Of a stretch of 29,245 nt of DNA, positions 15,335 to 24,315 are shown one piece after another; within the stretch, counting starts at the first letter, position 1; the number at the start of each line of letters is the position of its first letter. The stretch is from contig MHLM01000007.1 of NCBI GenBank assembly GCA_001821395.1, forward strand, positions 1 through 29,245. The letters run 5' to 3'. The stretch comes from Candidatus Lloydbacteria bacterium RIFCSPHIGHO2_02_FULL_50_18. Its GTDB lineage: Bacteria; Patescibacteriota; Minisyncoccia; Phycocordibacterales; UBA6899. Below the pieces are notes generated by a model. It saw only the letters and a list, made by a program, of their open reading frames with translations, was not told where the DNA came from and ran no database searches. Position numbers and translations under genes: made by a program.

Positions 15335-17248
15335 TTACTCGTCGGAGCGGATCATCTTGATGAACACATCCGCCGGAATGTTCACATTCCCCATCTCCTG
15401 CATCTTCTTCTTCCCCTTCTTTTGTTTCTCGCGCAATTTCATCTTACGCGTAATGTCGCCACCATAGAGATATCCCGTCACATCTTTTTTGAGTGCAGAA
15501 AGTCGCTCGGACGAAATGATACGACCCATCGCCTTCGCCTGCATCTTGACCACGATCATCTGGCGAGGCATCGACTTGGCCAATTTTTTTACCGCAGCCT
15601 CCGCCTCCTCTTGTGCACGTCTTCGCGAGACAACACGAGAGAATGCCGTCACGGCTTCATCGTTCACGAGAATATCAAGCCGTGTTACATCAGCATCACG
15701 GAAGCCGCCTATCTCGTATGAGAGACTTGCAAAACCGGATGAAATAGACTTGAGCTTATCAAAAAAGCTCCGCATAAGCTCGCGCAAAGGCATCTTAAAT
15801 TCAACCTTAAAACGATTCTCTCCAAAGATCTCCGTGTTCCCCGTCTCTGCCTCATGCTCGAACAAGAGCTGTGTCACCGCACCGAGATAGTCCGGTGGTA
15901 AAATGATCTCACCATCTATCCAGGGTTCGCGCACCGAAACGATCTCGCCATCCTCAGGAAAAAGTGACGGTGAATAGATAATATCGGTTTTTTTGGTACT
16001 TTTCCGAGTGACCTCGTAGGTGATTGTCGGGGTTGTTACCACGAGCTCAAGGTCAAATTCTCGACGTAAGCGCTCCGTAATGATCTCGAGATGGAGCATC
16101 CCAAGAAAGCCACAACGAAATCCGCGACCCAGATTGCCTGATGCCTCCTCTTCAAAGGTCAGCGACGAATCCGAGAGTTGAAGACGCTGTAGCGCAAGGC
16201 GCAACGTCGGAAGATCATCCTGGCTCTCCGGGTACACGGACGCCCACACAACCGGACGGGGCTTTCCGTAGCCAGGAAGTGCAGGGAGCGGATTACGATA
16301 AAAGGTGACCGTATCTCCGACTGCGGCAATACCCGGACGTTTAATTCCGGTCACAATGTAGCCGATCTCTCCGTGAGAAAGGTCGGGCTTCGCAACCTCA
16401 CCAGGGGCAAAGTATCCTGTTTCGAGCGCAAAAAATTTCTCCTTTGCCGCTGAAAAAGTAAGCTCTGAACCTTTCGTGATCGTACCGTCGAGAACGCGCA
16501 CGTAAAGAATAACTCCCCGATGATTGGAATATGAAAAATCAAAGATAAGCGCACGCGCACTCTTCGTGCCGGGAAATTCTTCTTCGGGTGGCGGGATACG
16601 GAGAATGATCGCCTCAAGCAGCGCGTCGACCCCCTCCCCCGTTCTTCCGGAAACGAGCAGTACGCTCTCAGGCGGAACGGAAAGTAGAGCAACGACCTCA
16701 TCGCGCACTTCGTCGACGCGAGCAAGTGGTGAGTCTATTTTTGAGAGGACCGGGATGATGGTGAGCCCATGCTCACGCGCCATGGCGAGCGTAGTGAGCG
16801 TTTGTGCCTGTACCCCCTGCGTCGCATCCACGAGGAGAAGACATCCCTCGACCGCCTTGAGCGCTCGCGAAACCTCATACGAAAAATCGATATGCCCCGG
16901 TGTGTCGATGAGGTTCAGGAGGTAGTGTTCCCCCTTATATTCGTGGTACATACGCACGGGCTGCATCTTGATGGTGATACCGCGCTCGCGCTCAAGTTCC
17001 ATGGAATCAAGAACTTGTTCATGCATTTTTCGCTTTTCGATCGTATGCGTCGTCTCCAGCATGCGATCAGCAAGCGTTGACTTCCCGTGGTCGATATGGG
17101 CTATGATACTAAAGTTTCTGATCAGATTTTTGGACATGGGGCTTGTCATCAGATGACGAACTTTTTTGTTGCGGGGTCCCTGCGACTCGGTCACCATATA
17201 TGAATATGTCTCCCTCATCGCTTTCCCCGCGCCGCAAATTTCATTCAT
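15335..17248 (-). CDS. lepA: translation elongation factor 4 (LepA)
   Basis: NFSIIAHIDHGKSTLADR G1 motif, DTPGHIDF, NKID, EF-G-like domains and a LepA C-terminal domain. The N-terminal extension is uncertain. The ATG at 17248 has TGCTAGTAT 15 nt upstream. Alternative ATGs lie at 17218, 17197 and 17137. Confidence 0.85.
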   Translation of the reverse strand: MNEICGAGKAMRETYSYMVTESQGPRNKKVRHLMTSPMSKNLIRNFSIIAHIDHGKSTLADRMLETTHTIEKRKMHEQVLDSMELERERGITIKMQPVRMYHEYKGEHYLLNLIDTPGHIDFSYEVSRALKAVEGCLLLVDATQGVQAQTLTTLAMAREHGLTIIPVLSKIDSPLARVDEVRDEVVALLSVPPESVLLVSGRTGEGVDALLEAIILRIPPPEEEFPGTKSARALIFDFSYSNHRGVILYVRVLDGTITKGSELTFSAAKEKFFALETGYFAPGEVAKPDLSHGEIGYIVTGIKRPGIAAVGDTVTFYRNPLPALPGYGKPRPVVWASVYPESQDDLPTLRLALQRLQLSDSSLTFEEEASGNLGRGFRCGFLGMLHLEIITERLRREFDLELVVTTPTITYEVTRKSTKKTDIIYSPSLFPEDGEIVSVREPWIDGEIILPPDYLGAVTQLLFEHEAETGNTEIFGENRFKVEFKMPLRELMRSFFDKLKSISSGFASLSYEIGGFRDADVTRLDILVNDEAVTAFSRVVSRRRAQEEAEAAVKKLAKSMPRQMIVVKMQAKAMGRIISSERLSALKKDVTGYLYGGDITRKMKLREKQKKGKKKMQEMGNVNIPADVFIKMIRSDE

Positions 17249-17298
17249 CTGAAGATAAGCCCAATACTAGCACATATAACCCCGAAGAGAACCGTATA

Positions 17299-17326
17299 TG
17301 AAAAAACGAGGCATATGCCTCGTTCC
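17299..17326 (-). terminator. terminator of the small membrane-protein gene
   Basis: aacgaggcat|atgcctcgtt is a perfect 10-bp stem (17305-17324) with an A6 run on the plus strand, which is a U-run on the minus transcript. Confidence 0.55.
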
Positions 17327-17345
17327 CCAATTTAGTAAATGCTTT

Positions 17346-17711
17346 TCAGTGTGAATGGCAACCACAACAGCCGCCTCCCACACTCTCCGTATCAACGTCA
17401 TCCCACTGTGCGCTTGCAGTTGCCAGCAGAGCCACACGGAAGGCAGAGCGACGCCGTAACACCTTGTTGATACCCGCATTAGTTAACACAAAGTCTTGAG
17501 ACACCAACCGAATATACACCAAGAGATATGCGATGATGAACATCACGAATATTGGTGCGACATAGGCACCAGGAACGAATCCCAAGATGACCAGCGTCAG
17601 AAGCGGAGACAATAGCAGGCAGAGCCACTGCGAGACCTGCTTTTCATAGTCCACAGTGTTGTTAAGTTGACATGCCAGCTGAGAAACGAAATCCCTGCGA
17701 ATTTGATTCAT
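17346..17711 (-). CDS. hypothetical membrane protein with C-terminal GGGCCGCHSH tail
   Basis: Two predicted TM helices. It ends in a Cys/His-rich tail, CCGCHSH, reminiscent of metal-binding tails. It is the last gene of the murJ operon. Confidence 0.45.
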   Translation of the reverse strand: MNQIRRDFVSQLACQLNNTVDYEKQVSQWLCLLLSPLLTLVILGFVPGAYVAPIFVMFIIAYLLVYIRLVSQDFVLTNAGINKVLRRRSAFRVALLATASAQWDDVDTESVGGGCCGCHSH

Positions 17712-17782
17712 GATGCTTTGCTCCGAGACAAAAAACTCTCCTTGGATAGTCTAGCGCATCAGTCCCATTCGTCAATCGGCCA

Positions 17783-19462
17783 CTACAGACCCTCCTGTTC
17801 AGCGGCAATGGTCTTGGCCTTCCAGAATTTATGATGAAGCGAGACCCACACCTCTTCGAGTTCTTTATTTTCCATAAGCCGAAGGAGGAATATTCCGGCA
17901 CAGATACCGATCACGCCCGACAAAAGTCCCTGAAAGAAAATACCCAGAAAAAGATCCGTATTCACCACATTCGCAAAGACCTGTAAACTATGATACGCGA
18001 CAAATCCCATGACCACAGAAGCGGTAAAACTGTGAAGAAAGGCCTTTTTTACGCTCGCTCCAAATTTTGGAAATCGTTTCCACATGGAATAAGCGAGGAA
18101 ACATAAGTTTGCGATCATCCCGACCGAATAGCCCAGGGGGAGCATCAGTATCGATGTTCCCAGTATGTCCGGAACGCGCAATAGGGTTTCTGCAAAGTAT
18201 CGGAACGTCAGCTGATGAGAAAAGAGGTAAAGCAGCGCAAATGATGAGCCCACGATCAACACTGCTCCGGATACATTAGCGTAGACGGTAATGCGCGTCT
18301 TCCCCATTGCATAGAATGCCCTCGTATAGAGCAAAACGAGATTTTGCGCGATCACCGATACCGCAAATAACGCGAGCGCGGCAGCGGTGAGCCTTGTTGC
18401 GGTCCAGTCAAATGCGCCGGAACCCAAGATCGTGCGCACTATCTGTGCGCGCAACACGATAAAGAGCATGATGGCGGGAAAAGACCAAAAAATGATGTGC
18501 CGCGTCGCAGTGGTGATCTGTTCAAAAAATGCGTCATGATCGCCCACGCTCCAGAGCTTCGCAAGCGTCGGAAAAGCGGCAACCGAGTAACTCATTCCCA
18601 CGATCGCAAGCGGTATGCTTTGCAGGTTCATGGCAAGCATGAATACGGCGATGGAGCCTACTTCGATCTGTGATGCTAGCGCGATGAGCACCATTGTTCC
18701 CAGATGTGTCGCCGAAAGCGCTAGTGTTCTTGGAATAGAGAGTCTGACGACACGGTATACAACGTGCCTGTCGATGTGCAACGTCACCCTCGGTGTCAAC
18801 CGGGAAGACATCAAGACCGGGAGCTGGATTGATACATGCAGGAGCGCGCCGATGAGAACGCCATAGACGACCCCGACGAGGCCAAAAGTCGGCATGAGAA
18901 ATATGATGCCGATAATGATGCCGATATTGTACAGAACCGGGCCGAGCGCGAACACAAAGAAACGACGGAGCGACTGTGTGATCGCTCCAAATAAATTTGA
19001 GATACCGAGCAAAAATGGGGACAGCAACAGAATGCGGGACAACTGTATAAAGCTGTGTTCTGCGCTTTCAGTAAATCCCGGAACGATGAACCGTGCGAGG
19101 TGCGGAAGTAGGAAGAAAGCCAGCACGCACACAAGCACCATTCCAAGAACGAATGCGGTGAATATGGAATCGATAAAATGCCGCGCCTTCTCTTTGTCAT
19201 GCTCCAACGCGATATGCTCGAGAAGAAAAGGGATGAGCACCGTCACCGCAACGAACGAAGCGACCGATGCGTACAAAAAATCCGGCACGCGAAATGCCGC
19301 ATAGTACACATCGAGCGACGTATTCGCACCAAAATTCTGCGCAAGAAGCCGATCGCGAACAAGCCCGAGCATCTGAGAAAGAAGCGCTGTACCGGCAAGG
19401 AGAAAAGCGGCCTCATGCAGGCCGCTCCACTCCCTGTTAAAAACACGCAACAATCGATCCAT
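17783..19462 (-). CDS. murJ: lipid II flippase MurJ (MviN family)
   Basis: The N-terminal signature LGLVRDRLLAQNFGANTSLDVYYAAFRVPDFLY matches the MurJ consensus (..R.LGF.RD...A..FGA....DAF..AF..P). The protein has about 14 TM segments. Confidence 0.75.
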   Translation of the reverse strand: MDRLLRVFNREWSGLHEAAFLLAGTALLSQMLGLVRDRLLAQNFGANTSLDVYYAAFRVPDFLYASVASFVAVTVLIPFLLEHIALEHDKEKARHFIDSIFTAFVLGMVLVCVLAFFLLPHLARFIVPGFTESAEHSFIQLSRILLLSPFLLGISNLFGAITQSLRRFFVFALGPVLYNIGIIIGIIFLMPTFGLVGVVYGVLIGALLHVSIQLPVLMSSRLTPRVTLHIDRHVVYRVVRLSIPRTLALSATHLGTMVLIALASQIEVGSIAVFMLAMNLQSIPLAIVGMSYSVAAFPTLAKLWSVGDHDAFFEQITTATRHIIFWSFPAIMLFIVLRAQIVRTILGSGAFDWTATRLTAAALALFAVSVIAQNLVLLYTRAFYAMGKTRITVYANVSGAVLIVGSSFALLYLFSHQLTFRYFAETLLRVPDILGTSILMLPLGYSVGMIANLCFLAYSMWKRFPKFGASVKKAFLHSFTASVVMGFVAYHSLQVFANVVNTDLFLGIFFQGLLSGVIGICAGIFLLRLMENKELEEVWVSLHHKFWKAKTIAAEQEGL

Positions 19463-19481
19463 GATGGCCCGTTAGAAGATA

Positions 19482-21983
19482 TTACGGTACGACTCTACCT
19501 GAATTCAATGAATTAAGTGCATCGTTAACAGGCTGGGTCGGCGCAGCGTATTCTTTATCGAACGCCCCGCGTCCTGCCTTCAGATTCTTTATAATCGTAG
19601 CCACCTCTTTGTTCTCGGGGTTCAATGTTTGCACATCAGTGAATTGTTGTAATGCCTCAGCGTTTCTACCCAATCGGTCGTACGCAAGGCCGAGGAAATA
19701 TTTCGCATCAGCGTATGCGGGATTCAAGTAGACCGCCGCCTCGAATTGGTCAGCAGCAGACTGGTAATCGGACTTTGCATAGTAGAGATATCCGAGGGCG
19801 AAGCGCAGGAGAAAGTTGGTCGGCTCTGCGGCGACTCCATTTTGAAGCACACCTATCGCCGCTTCCGGGTTCTTATCTCCGACCTCAATCTGCACGAGGA
19901 ATGAAACCGCCTCAAGGAAGTTCGGTCGCTCAGCTAGCGCTTGATAGAGATACTCCTTTGCCTTATTTCGTTCGCCGGCTACAAATTCCAAGCGAGCGAG
20001 CACGAACAGCACGCGCGGACTCTTAGGATTGAGACGTAATGCCTGGGCATAATTCTCACGTGCCGGTACTGAAGTGTTCTGTATCCCGAGCGAACCAAGC
20101 GTGTCGTAAACACCGCCGAGCTGCAAATAATTCTCGAAGTTCGTTGGATCAAGTACGATTGAACGCTCTGCGCTCTTTCGAGCGGCAAGGATATAGCCAT
20201 TCGCTAACTCCACCGCTTGTTCTTGCGGTAATTTTTGCGTGGCGAGCTGCTGAAGCTTGATGAGTGCAAGATTTGAGATCGCACGTTGATACACATCCCG
20301 CTCCGCAAGCGCGTTCGCTCTCACGAGCGCAGTTTCGGCCATTTCAACATTGCTTTGCCCGATCGCAAGCTGAGCGTCACGGAATGCGACCAATGATGAT
20401 ACCTGGCGATACAATAGGACACTCGACGCAACGACTCCGACCATAACAACAATGATTAGCGGTGTCATCATCATAGAAAGTTTTGAATCACCGACGAATC
20501 GTAAACGGAAACTTCCTACCGCGCCCTCACTTGTGAGAAACGCGATGAGCGCGCCGGTAAAAAGGAATGCGAGCGCAAAGATCGCGATATTCGGCAGGTA
20601 GAAGAACGCAAGGCTCCAGAAATACACTACTAGGAAGAAAAGTGTGAATGCAAGAAATGCAGCAATGCGATCTTTCGCAAAAAGGGCGTAGATACGTCTT
20701 GCTTTCATGAGCAGCAACACGATGAATGCGAGCCAAAGCAGCGTCCCGATAATACCCGTTGTCCCGAAATACGTCGGAATGCGTCCAAGTCCAAAATCGA
20801 ACGTCGAATCCCAGAATGGGGTGCGATTCATATCCGTTGTCTTGAATTTCAAATATCCCGATGAAAAACGGTTCGGACTCGTGCCAAAGAGGGGTGATTC
20901 CTTGAGTGTATTCGCAACGATGTCATACGTAAACTGAGGTGTGAGTACGACCTCGGAATATGGAGATGAATGAAGCACCTTCGCAACGACGCTCGCGATC
21001 GTGCTATTGTCCTTTCCCCAAGATATCGTCGAGAGACCGCTGCCGTAAATAAAGGCAACAAGAAGGAACACCACCGCAAATATCGGAAGATGCCCCGCGA
21101 CGCGCTTGTGAACAGGCTTATGCGGATGATGAGTGCCGCTCGTCTGTGCTTCGTGAATAGCGCGCCTATGTGACCGCTCACCTTCAAATATCGCGAATGC
21201 AGTGAGCGCACTGATAAGCACAAAGAGGATGAACCATAGTACCGTGAAGTCCACCATGACCAGGAAGAAAAGCCCGAGGGAGAGGATGAGGTACGAGGGC
21301 ATGCGGAGTGTTTTGTTTTGAGGAAAGAAATAAAGCGCGGAGAGCACGAGCAGGACCAATCCGCCGACCAAGGATGCCATATCATTCCATTTTCCGACCG
21401 GAGAGGAGACATCACTCGTGAAAATGCCAAAATCCAGAAATCCCGCACCAAAGAAGTGGCGAAGGACCTGATAAAGCATCACAACAAGTCCGGAGAGGAT
21501 GAAGGACACATAGAGCGAGAGGATGCGATCACGACTCGTCAAGACGACGGACCCCATGAACATCAGGAGGAAAAGTACGATGAAAGAATTGACCGTTCCT
21601 ATATCATATCCGCTACCGATGAATGAAAGCATCGGCGTCGGAGATACGATCGCAGCAATAACGAACTGCACCACAAGCAGTGACGAGACTAACAGTAGCG
21701 AACTCTTCGGTACATCAACCTGTCCGTCGCGCAATCGTCCCGCGGCCCATATAAGCACACTCGCCAATACGAGCACTTCGAGTAGGATCATTTTTGCAAA
21801 TTCAGGAGCAATGAGCTGTCCCGGAATGAAGAAAACCGGGAGCAGGAATGAAAGACCGAGTAATATCCAAAAAAGTGATCGATCGGAAAACACCTTATGT
21901 GAAAGCACTTTCCCGAGCAGCATTCTGGCGATCGGCGAGGATTTGACGCGTGTACCGCTATCTCCTTGTTGTTCGTCTGACAT
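19482..21983 (-). CDS. polytopic membrane protein with C-terminal TPR repeats (O-antigen ligase/polymerase-like architecture)
   Basis: The start was chosen at MSDEQQ (ATG 21983), because the upstream part of the ORF-track ORF overlaps the promoter region. About 12 TM helices are followed by roughly 300 aa of TPR-like repeats (AYADAKYFLGLAYDRLGRNAEA...). The gene ends 19 nt upstream of murJ. Confidence 0.55.
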   Translation of the reverse strand: MSDEQQGDSGTRVKSSPIARMLLGKVLSHKVFSDRSLFWILLGLSFLLPVFFIPGQLIAPEFAKMILLEVLVLASVLIWAAGRLRDGQVDVPKSSLLLVSSLLVVQFVIAAIVSPTPMLSFIGSGYDIGTVNSFIVLFLLMFMGSVVLTSRDRILSLYVSFILSGLVVMLYQVLRHFFGAGFLDFGIFTSDVSSPVGKWNDMASLVGGLVLLVLSALYFFPQNKTLRMPSYLILSLGLFFLVMVDFTVLWFILFVLISALTAFAIFEGERSHRRAIHEAQTSGTHHPHKPVHKRVAGHLPIFAVVFLLVAFIYGSGLSTISWGKDNSTIASVVAKVLHSSPYSEVVLTPQFTYDIVANTLKESPLFGTSPNRFSSGYLKFKTTDMNRTPFWDSTFDFGLGRIPTYFGTTGIIGTLLWLAFIVLLLMKARRIYALFAKDRIAAFLAFTLFFLVVYFWSLAFFYLPNIAIFALAFLFTGALIAFLTSEGAVGSFRLRFVGDSKLSMMMTPLIIVVMVGVVASSVLLYRQVSSLVAFRDAQLAIGQSNVEMAETALVRANALAERDVYQRAISNLALIKLQQLATQKLPQEQAVELANGYILAARKSAERSIVLDPTNFENYLQLGGVYDTLGSLGIQNTSVPARENYAQALRLNPKSPRVLFVLARLEFVAGERNKAKEYLYQALAERPNFLEAVSFLVQIEVGDKNPEAAIGVLQNGVAAEPTNFLLRFALGYLYYAKSDYQSAADQFEAAVYLNPAYADAKYFLGLAYDRLGRNAEALQQFTDVQTLNPENKEVATIIKNLKAGRGAFDKEYAAPTQPVNDALNSLNSGRVVP

Positions 21984-22053
21984 AAATTTTTTTGATAAAC
22001 AAATAATAAATACGCACAAAATCTCTTCCTCCAAAGAGAGTAGATTACGCATG

Positions 22054-22062
22054 ATTATAGCA
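22054..22062 (-). promoter_or_regulatory. extended -10 TGCTATAAT for the TPR-membrane/murJ operon
   Basis: This is the same TCTCGTGCTATAAT 14-mer seen at 13296. It lies about 70 nt upstream of the ATG at 21983. Confidence 0.4.
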
Positions 22063-22159
22063 CGAGAAAAAGCATGCCCTTCTATCAAAAAGTGAACAAT
22101 GAAATCATTTGAATACAGAATATTGGACGTATCAAGTCTTTGCTGTTTTATTAAAAAAT

Positions 22160-22200
22160 CACATAAAAGAGAAAAGTTCGCCCTATTTGGACGAACTTTC
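22160..22200 (-). terminator. rnpB terminator
   Basis: On the minus strand: stem aaagttcg/cgaacttt (plus 22173-22180 and 22192-22199), then a T-rich run, immediately after the rnpB 3' end. Confidence 0.5.
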
Positions 22201-22203
22201 CAT

Positions 22204-22553
22204 GCACCTTGTATCGATAAGCCGAATTCTGTCCCCAAAACGCACGCTTTGGGTGGTATCCATTTATCTAGGCTCTCGGTTACCCGAAAGCTCAAGCGGC
22301 ACTTCCCAACTTACGCCAGGACACGGCCTTGCACCCAGGTAAGGATTTAGCCGTTTCACCCCCGCATTTCGGCGGGATTATCCATCGGATAAATCCGGAC
22401 GGATCCCATTTCTTTCGATCTGGGCGTCACTGCTCGCACCTCTATGGTTGCCCACGACGGGCGTTACCCGCTACCCTCTTACCACTTTCATGGTGAGCGT
22501 TCGGACTTTCCTCACTTCCCTTGCGAGAAGCGCGGATACCTAATACAAGGCTT
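22204..22553 (-). ncRNA. rnpB: RNase P RNA (bacterial RnpB)
   Basis: The minus-strand sequence contains GAGGAAAGTCCGAAC (P4 5' strand) and GGGGACAGAATTCGGCTTATCG (the universal ACAGAAnnCGGCUUA P4 3' strand). A P1 helix forms between CCTTGTAT and ATACAAGG. It also has GGTAACGCCCG and TAAATGGATACCACC segments. The region is GC-rich and non-coding, with only spurious ORFs. Confidence 0.8.
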
Positions 22554-22557
22554 TCTG

Positions 22558-22585
22558 ATTATGCAATAAAATCAATATTTTGCAA
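22558..22585 (-). promoter_or_regulatory. rnpB promoter
   Basis: Minus strand: TTGCAA, 16 nt, CATAAT, then 7 nt to the first nucleotide of P1. Confidence 0.5.
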
Positions 22586-22631
22586 ATACTAAAAATCCTA
22601 GGGTACCCCTAGGACTCGAAGATTCCGAAAA

Positions 22632-22676
22632 ATAAAAACCCCGCCTGTCTGCACAGGCAGGCATTGCGGGGTTTTG
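22632..22676. terminator. terminator of the dehydrogenase gene
   Basis: A-run, then ccccgc(22639-22644)...gcgggg(22666-22671) with an inner cctg...cagg stem, then TTTT. Confidence 0.6.
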
Positions 22677-22678
22677 GA

Positions 22679-23833
22679 TCACGTATGTGTGATCATTTCT
22701 TTCTTCATGAATACTGCTTCCGCCATGCGATCGGCAACCACATTGGTCGGAGTTCGAGTTAGCCCACCCTCGGACCGATGAATGATCTCTTCGATCAGTG
22801 CTTCATTTTGGAGACAGCCATCTTCAACATACTTGAGGTCATAGGGCAAGGTTCCTTGCTCGTGAAGACGCTGACAGTAGACGTCCCAGAGACCGCGATT
22901 ATTGATCACGTAATCCGGCGCGTAAACGATCCGACGCAGAAGCAGGGAGGCCCCATCGACAGCGGGGTCAAACAAAACGTTATTCGCTGATCCGGCAATA
23001 ATGGAAAGTGAGGGCGGGAAGTGCGCGATCAGGTCTTGACCAACGGTACCCCCCATCGCACAGGGCGCATAGATCTCCACATCGGGGAATCGTTCCGCTT
23101 TGCCGTCTTCAGTAAGACGCACAACCTTTGCACCATACTCATCCTGTGCACGGAGTAATGCCTCCACTTCCCTCTCGGTGACACTGCGATTTGAGACATA
23201 AAGTAGAGCACCCTCCTTGTGCAGAAGCTGCATGAGCGGAAAACCTACCTTGCCGATACCTTCAACATAAACGCTTCTTCCTTCGAGTGCATTCGAGCCA
23301 AACGCAGCACGGAGTGCCCCCTTCATGCCCGCGAGCACGCCGAGTGCGGTCAAGGGTGACGGATCACCACCGTAAGGATGCCCAACCATTTCCCCGCAAG
23401 CGTGCTTTGTGAATTTTCGCATCTCGTGCACGTCGGGCACATAGGTGCCGACGTCTTCAGCAATGATGTACCGACCTGCTAATGTTTCGACAAAACGACC
23501 CATTGAAGCAAACTGCTGTTTACGCAGGCGCTTGTCCTGACGCATCGGGACCATGACACTCTTCCCGCCGCCCAAAGGAAGTCCGCCGTTGTAGTAATCG
23601 GTCATGGCCGCTTTATAGGTCATGCCACGCGACAATCGCGCCACATCAACGAACGCATCCTGAAACGCAGGGTAAAGAGCTCTCCGACAACCGCCGAGCG
23701 CTGGGCCAAGATTGGTGTTATGGATCGCAATAATCGCGATGATCCCCGCACCTTTGTCTTCCCACGTGTGCAATTCTTCGTAACCACGAAACAGCGACAA
23801 CAATGATCCGGATACAGGTATGTTCTTAGACAT
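22679..23833 (-). CDS. Glu/Leu/Phe/Val dehydrogenase family protein (leucine dehydrogenase-like)
   Basis: GPALGGCRR (compare LeuDH GPALGGTRM), a GGGK catalytic-lysine motif and a GIGKVG Rossmann motif. The start was set at the ATG 5 nt downstream of AAGGAGG (23833). The longer ORF-track N-terminus is probably untranslated. Confidence 0.8.
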   Translation of the reverse strand: MSKNIPVSGSLLSLFRGYEELHTWEDKGAGIIAIIAIHNTNLGPALGGCRRALYPAFQDAFVDVARLSRGMTYKAAMTDYYNGGLPLGGGKSVMVPMRQDKRLRKQQFASMGRFVETLAGRYIIAEDVGTYVPDVHEMRKFTKHACGEMVGHPYGGDPSPLTALGVLAGMKGALRAAFGSNALEGRSVYVEGIGKVGFPLMQLLHKEGALLYVSNRSVTEREVEALLRAQDEYGAKVVRLTEDGKAERFPDVEIYAPCAMGGTVGQDLIAHFPPSLSIIAGSANNVLFDPAVDGASLLLRRIVYAPDYVINNRGLWDVYCQRLHEQGTLPYDLKYVEDGCLQNEALIEEIIHRSEGGLTRTPTNVVADRMAEAVFMKKEMITHT

Positions 23834-24001
23834 TATGTCCTCCTTGTAGTCAAACAAACTATCCATCCACAATGCTACGCCATTCATGTTTCTTGTAAAG
23901 AAAAATGATGTCATCGTCGATGAACCACGATCCGATCGGAACGACTCTTCTGATGCGTATCTTGATGATCAAACCAAGAAAATTTGAGGGTGATTCACAT
24001 A

Positions 24002-24029
24002 TTGTATTTTTATAACTTCCGAGTAGTAT
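24002..24029 (+). promoter_or_regulatory. promoter of small membrane protein gene A (TTGTAT, 16 nt, TAGTAT)
   Basis: It is conserved in position and sequence with copy B (TTGCAT, 16 nt, TAGCAT at 26800-26827). It lies 30 nt upstream of a GGAGG Shine-Dalgarno site. Confidence 0.4.
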
Positions 24030-24059
24030 GAAAACTGGATATTTTTCATGGAGGTAAAA

Positions 24060-24236
24060 ATGAGTTTCGAAACCGCTGCGGGCCTCTGGCTCCTGATAGG
24101 ATTGATCTGTGTGATTATGATCGCAAAAACACAAGATAACTCCAATAAGGATGATCTCTTGTTTAGCATCTTCTTGATCTTTTTCGGCCCCTTAAATCTG
24201 CTCATCCTGCTACTGATCCGTAGCTGTCGCGATTGA
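24060..24236 (+). CDS. small two-helix membrane protein (paralog A; possibly PLDc_N-like)
   Basis: 58 aa: MSFETAAGLWLLIGLICVIMIAKTQ..LFSIFLIFFGPLNLLILLLIRS. It is paralogous to the ORF at 26858. A GGAGG site lies 7 nt upstream. Confidence 0.5.
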   Translation: MSFETAAGLWLLIGLICVIMIAKTQDNSNKDDLLFSIFLIFFGPLNLLILLLIRSCRD

Positions 24237-24249
24237 CTGGTGATAAAGA

Positions 24250-24285
24250 AAAGAACCAAGACAAGAACCTTGGTTCTTTATTTTT
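24250..24285. terminator. terminator (ccaag-core hairpin)
   Basis: gaaccaag(24253-24260)/cttggttc(24269-24276) followed by tttattttt. It lies between convergent genes. Confidence 0.6.
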
Positions 24286-24315
24286 ACCGTCCCAAAAGAT
24301 TACTATGAGATAATC

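Noticed and set aside
15299-17156. Plus-strand ORFs of 100-140 aa overlapping lepA
   Set aside because: Antisense to a well-supported conserved gene.
19482-22295. Extended 937-aa form of the TPR membrane protein
   Set aside because: The first 104 codons overlap the promoter (TGCTATAAT) and leader. The hydrophobic protein and sensible N-terminus begin at the ATG at 21983.
22099-22350. Two overlapping 77-83-aa ORFs
   Set aside because: They lie on the opposite strand of the RNase P RNA gene and its terminator.
22679-23914. Longer N-terminus (MTSFFFTRNM...) of the dehydrogenase
   Set aside because: A perfect AAGGAGG lies 5 nt before the internal ATG at 23833, and the family-conserved region starts after it.
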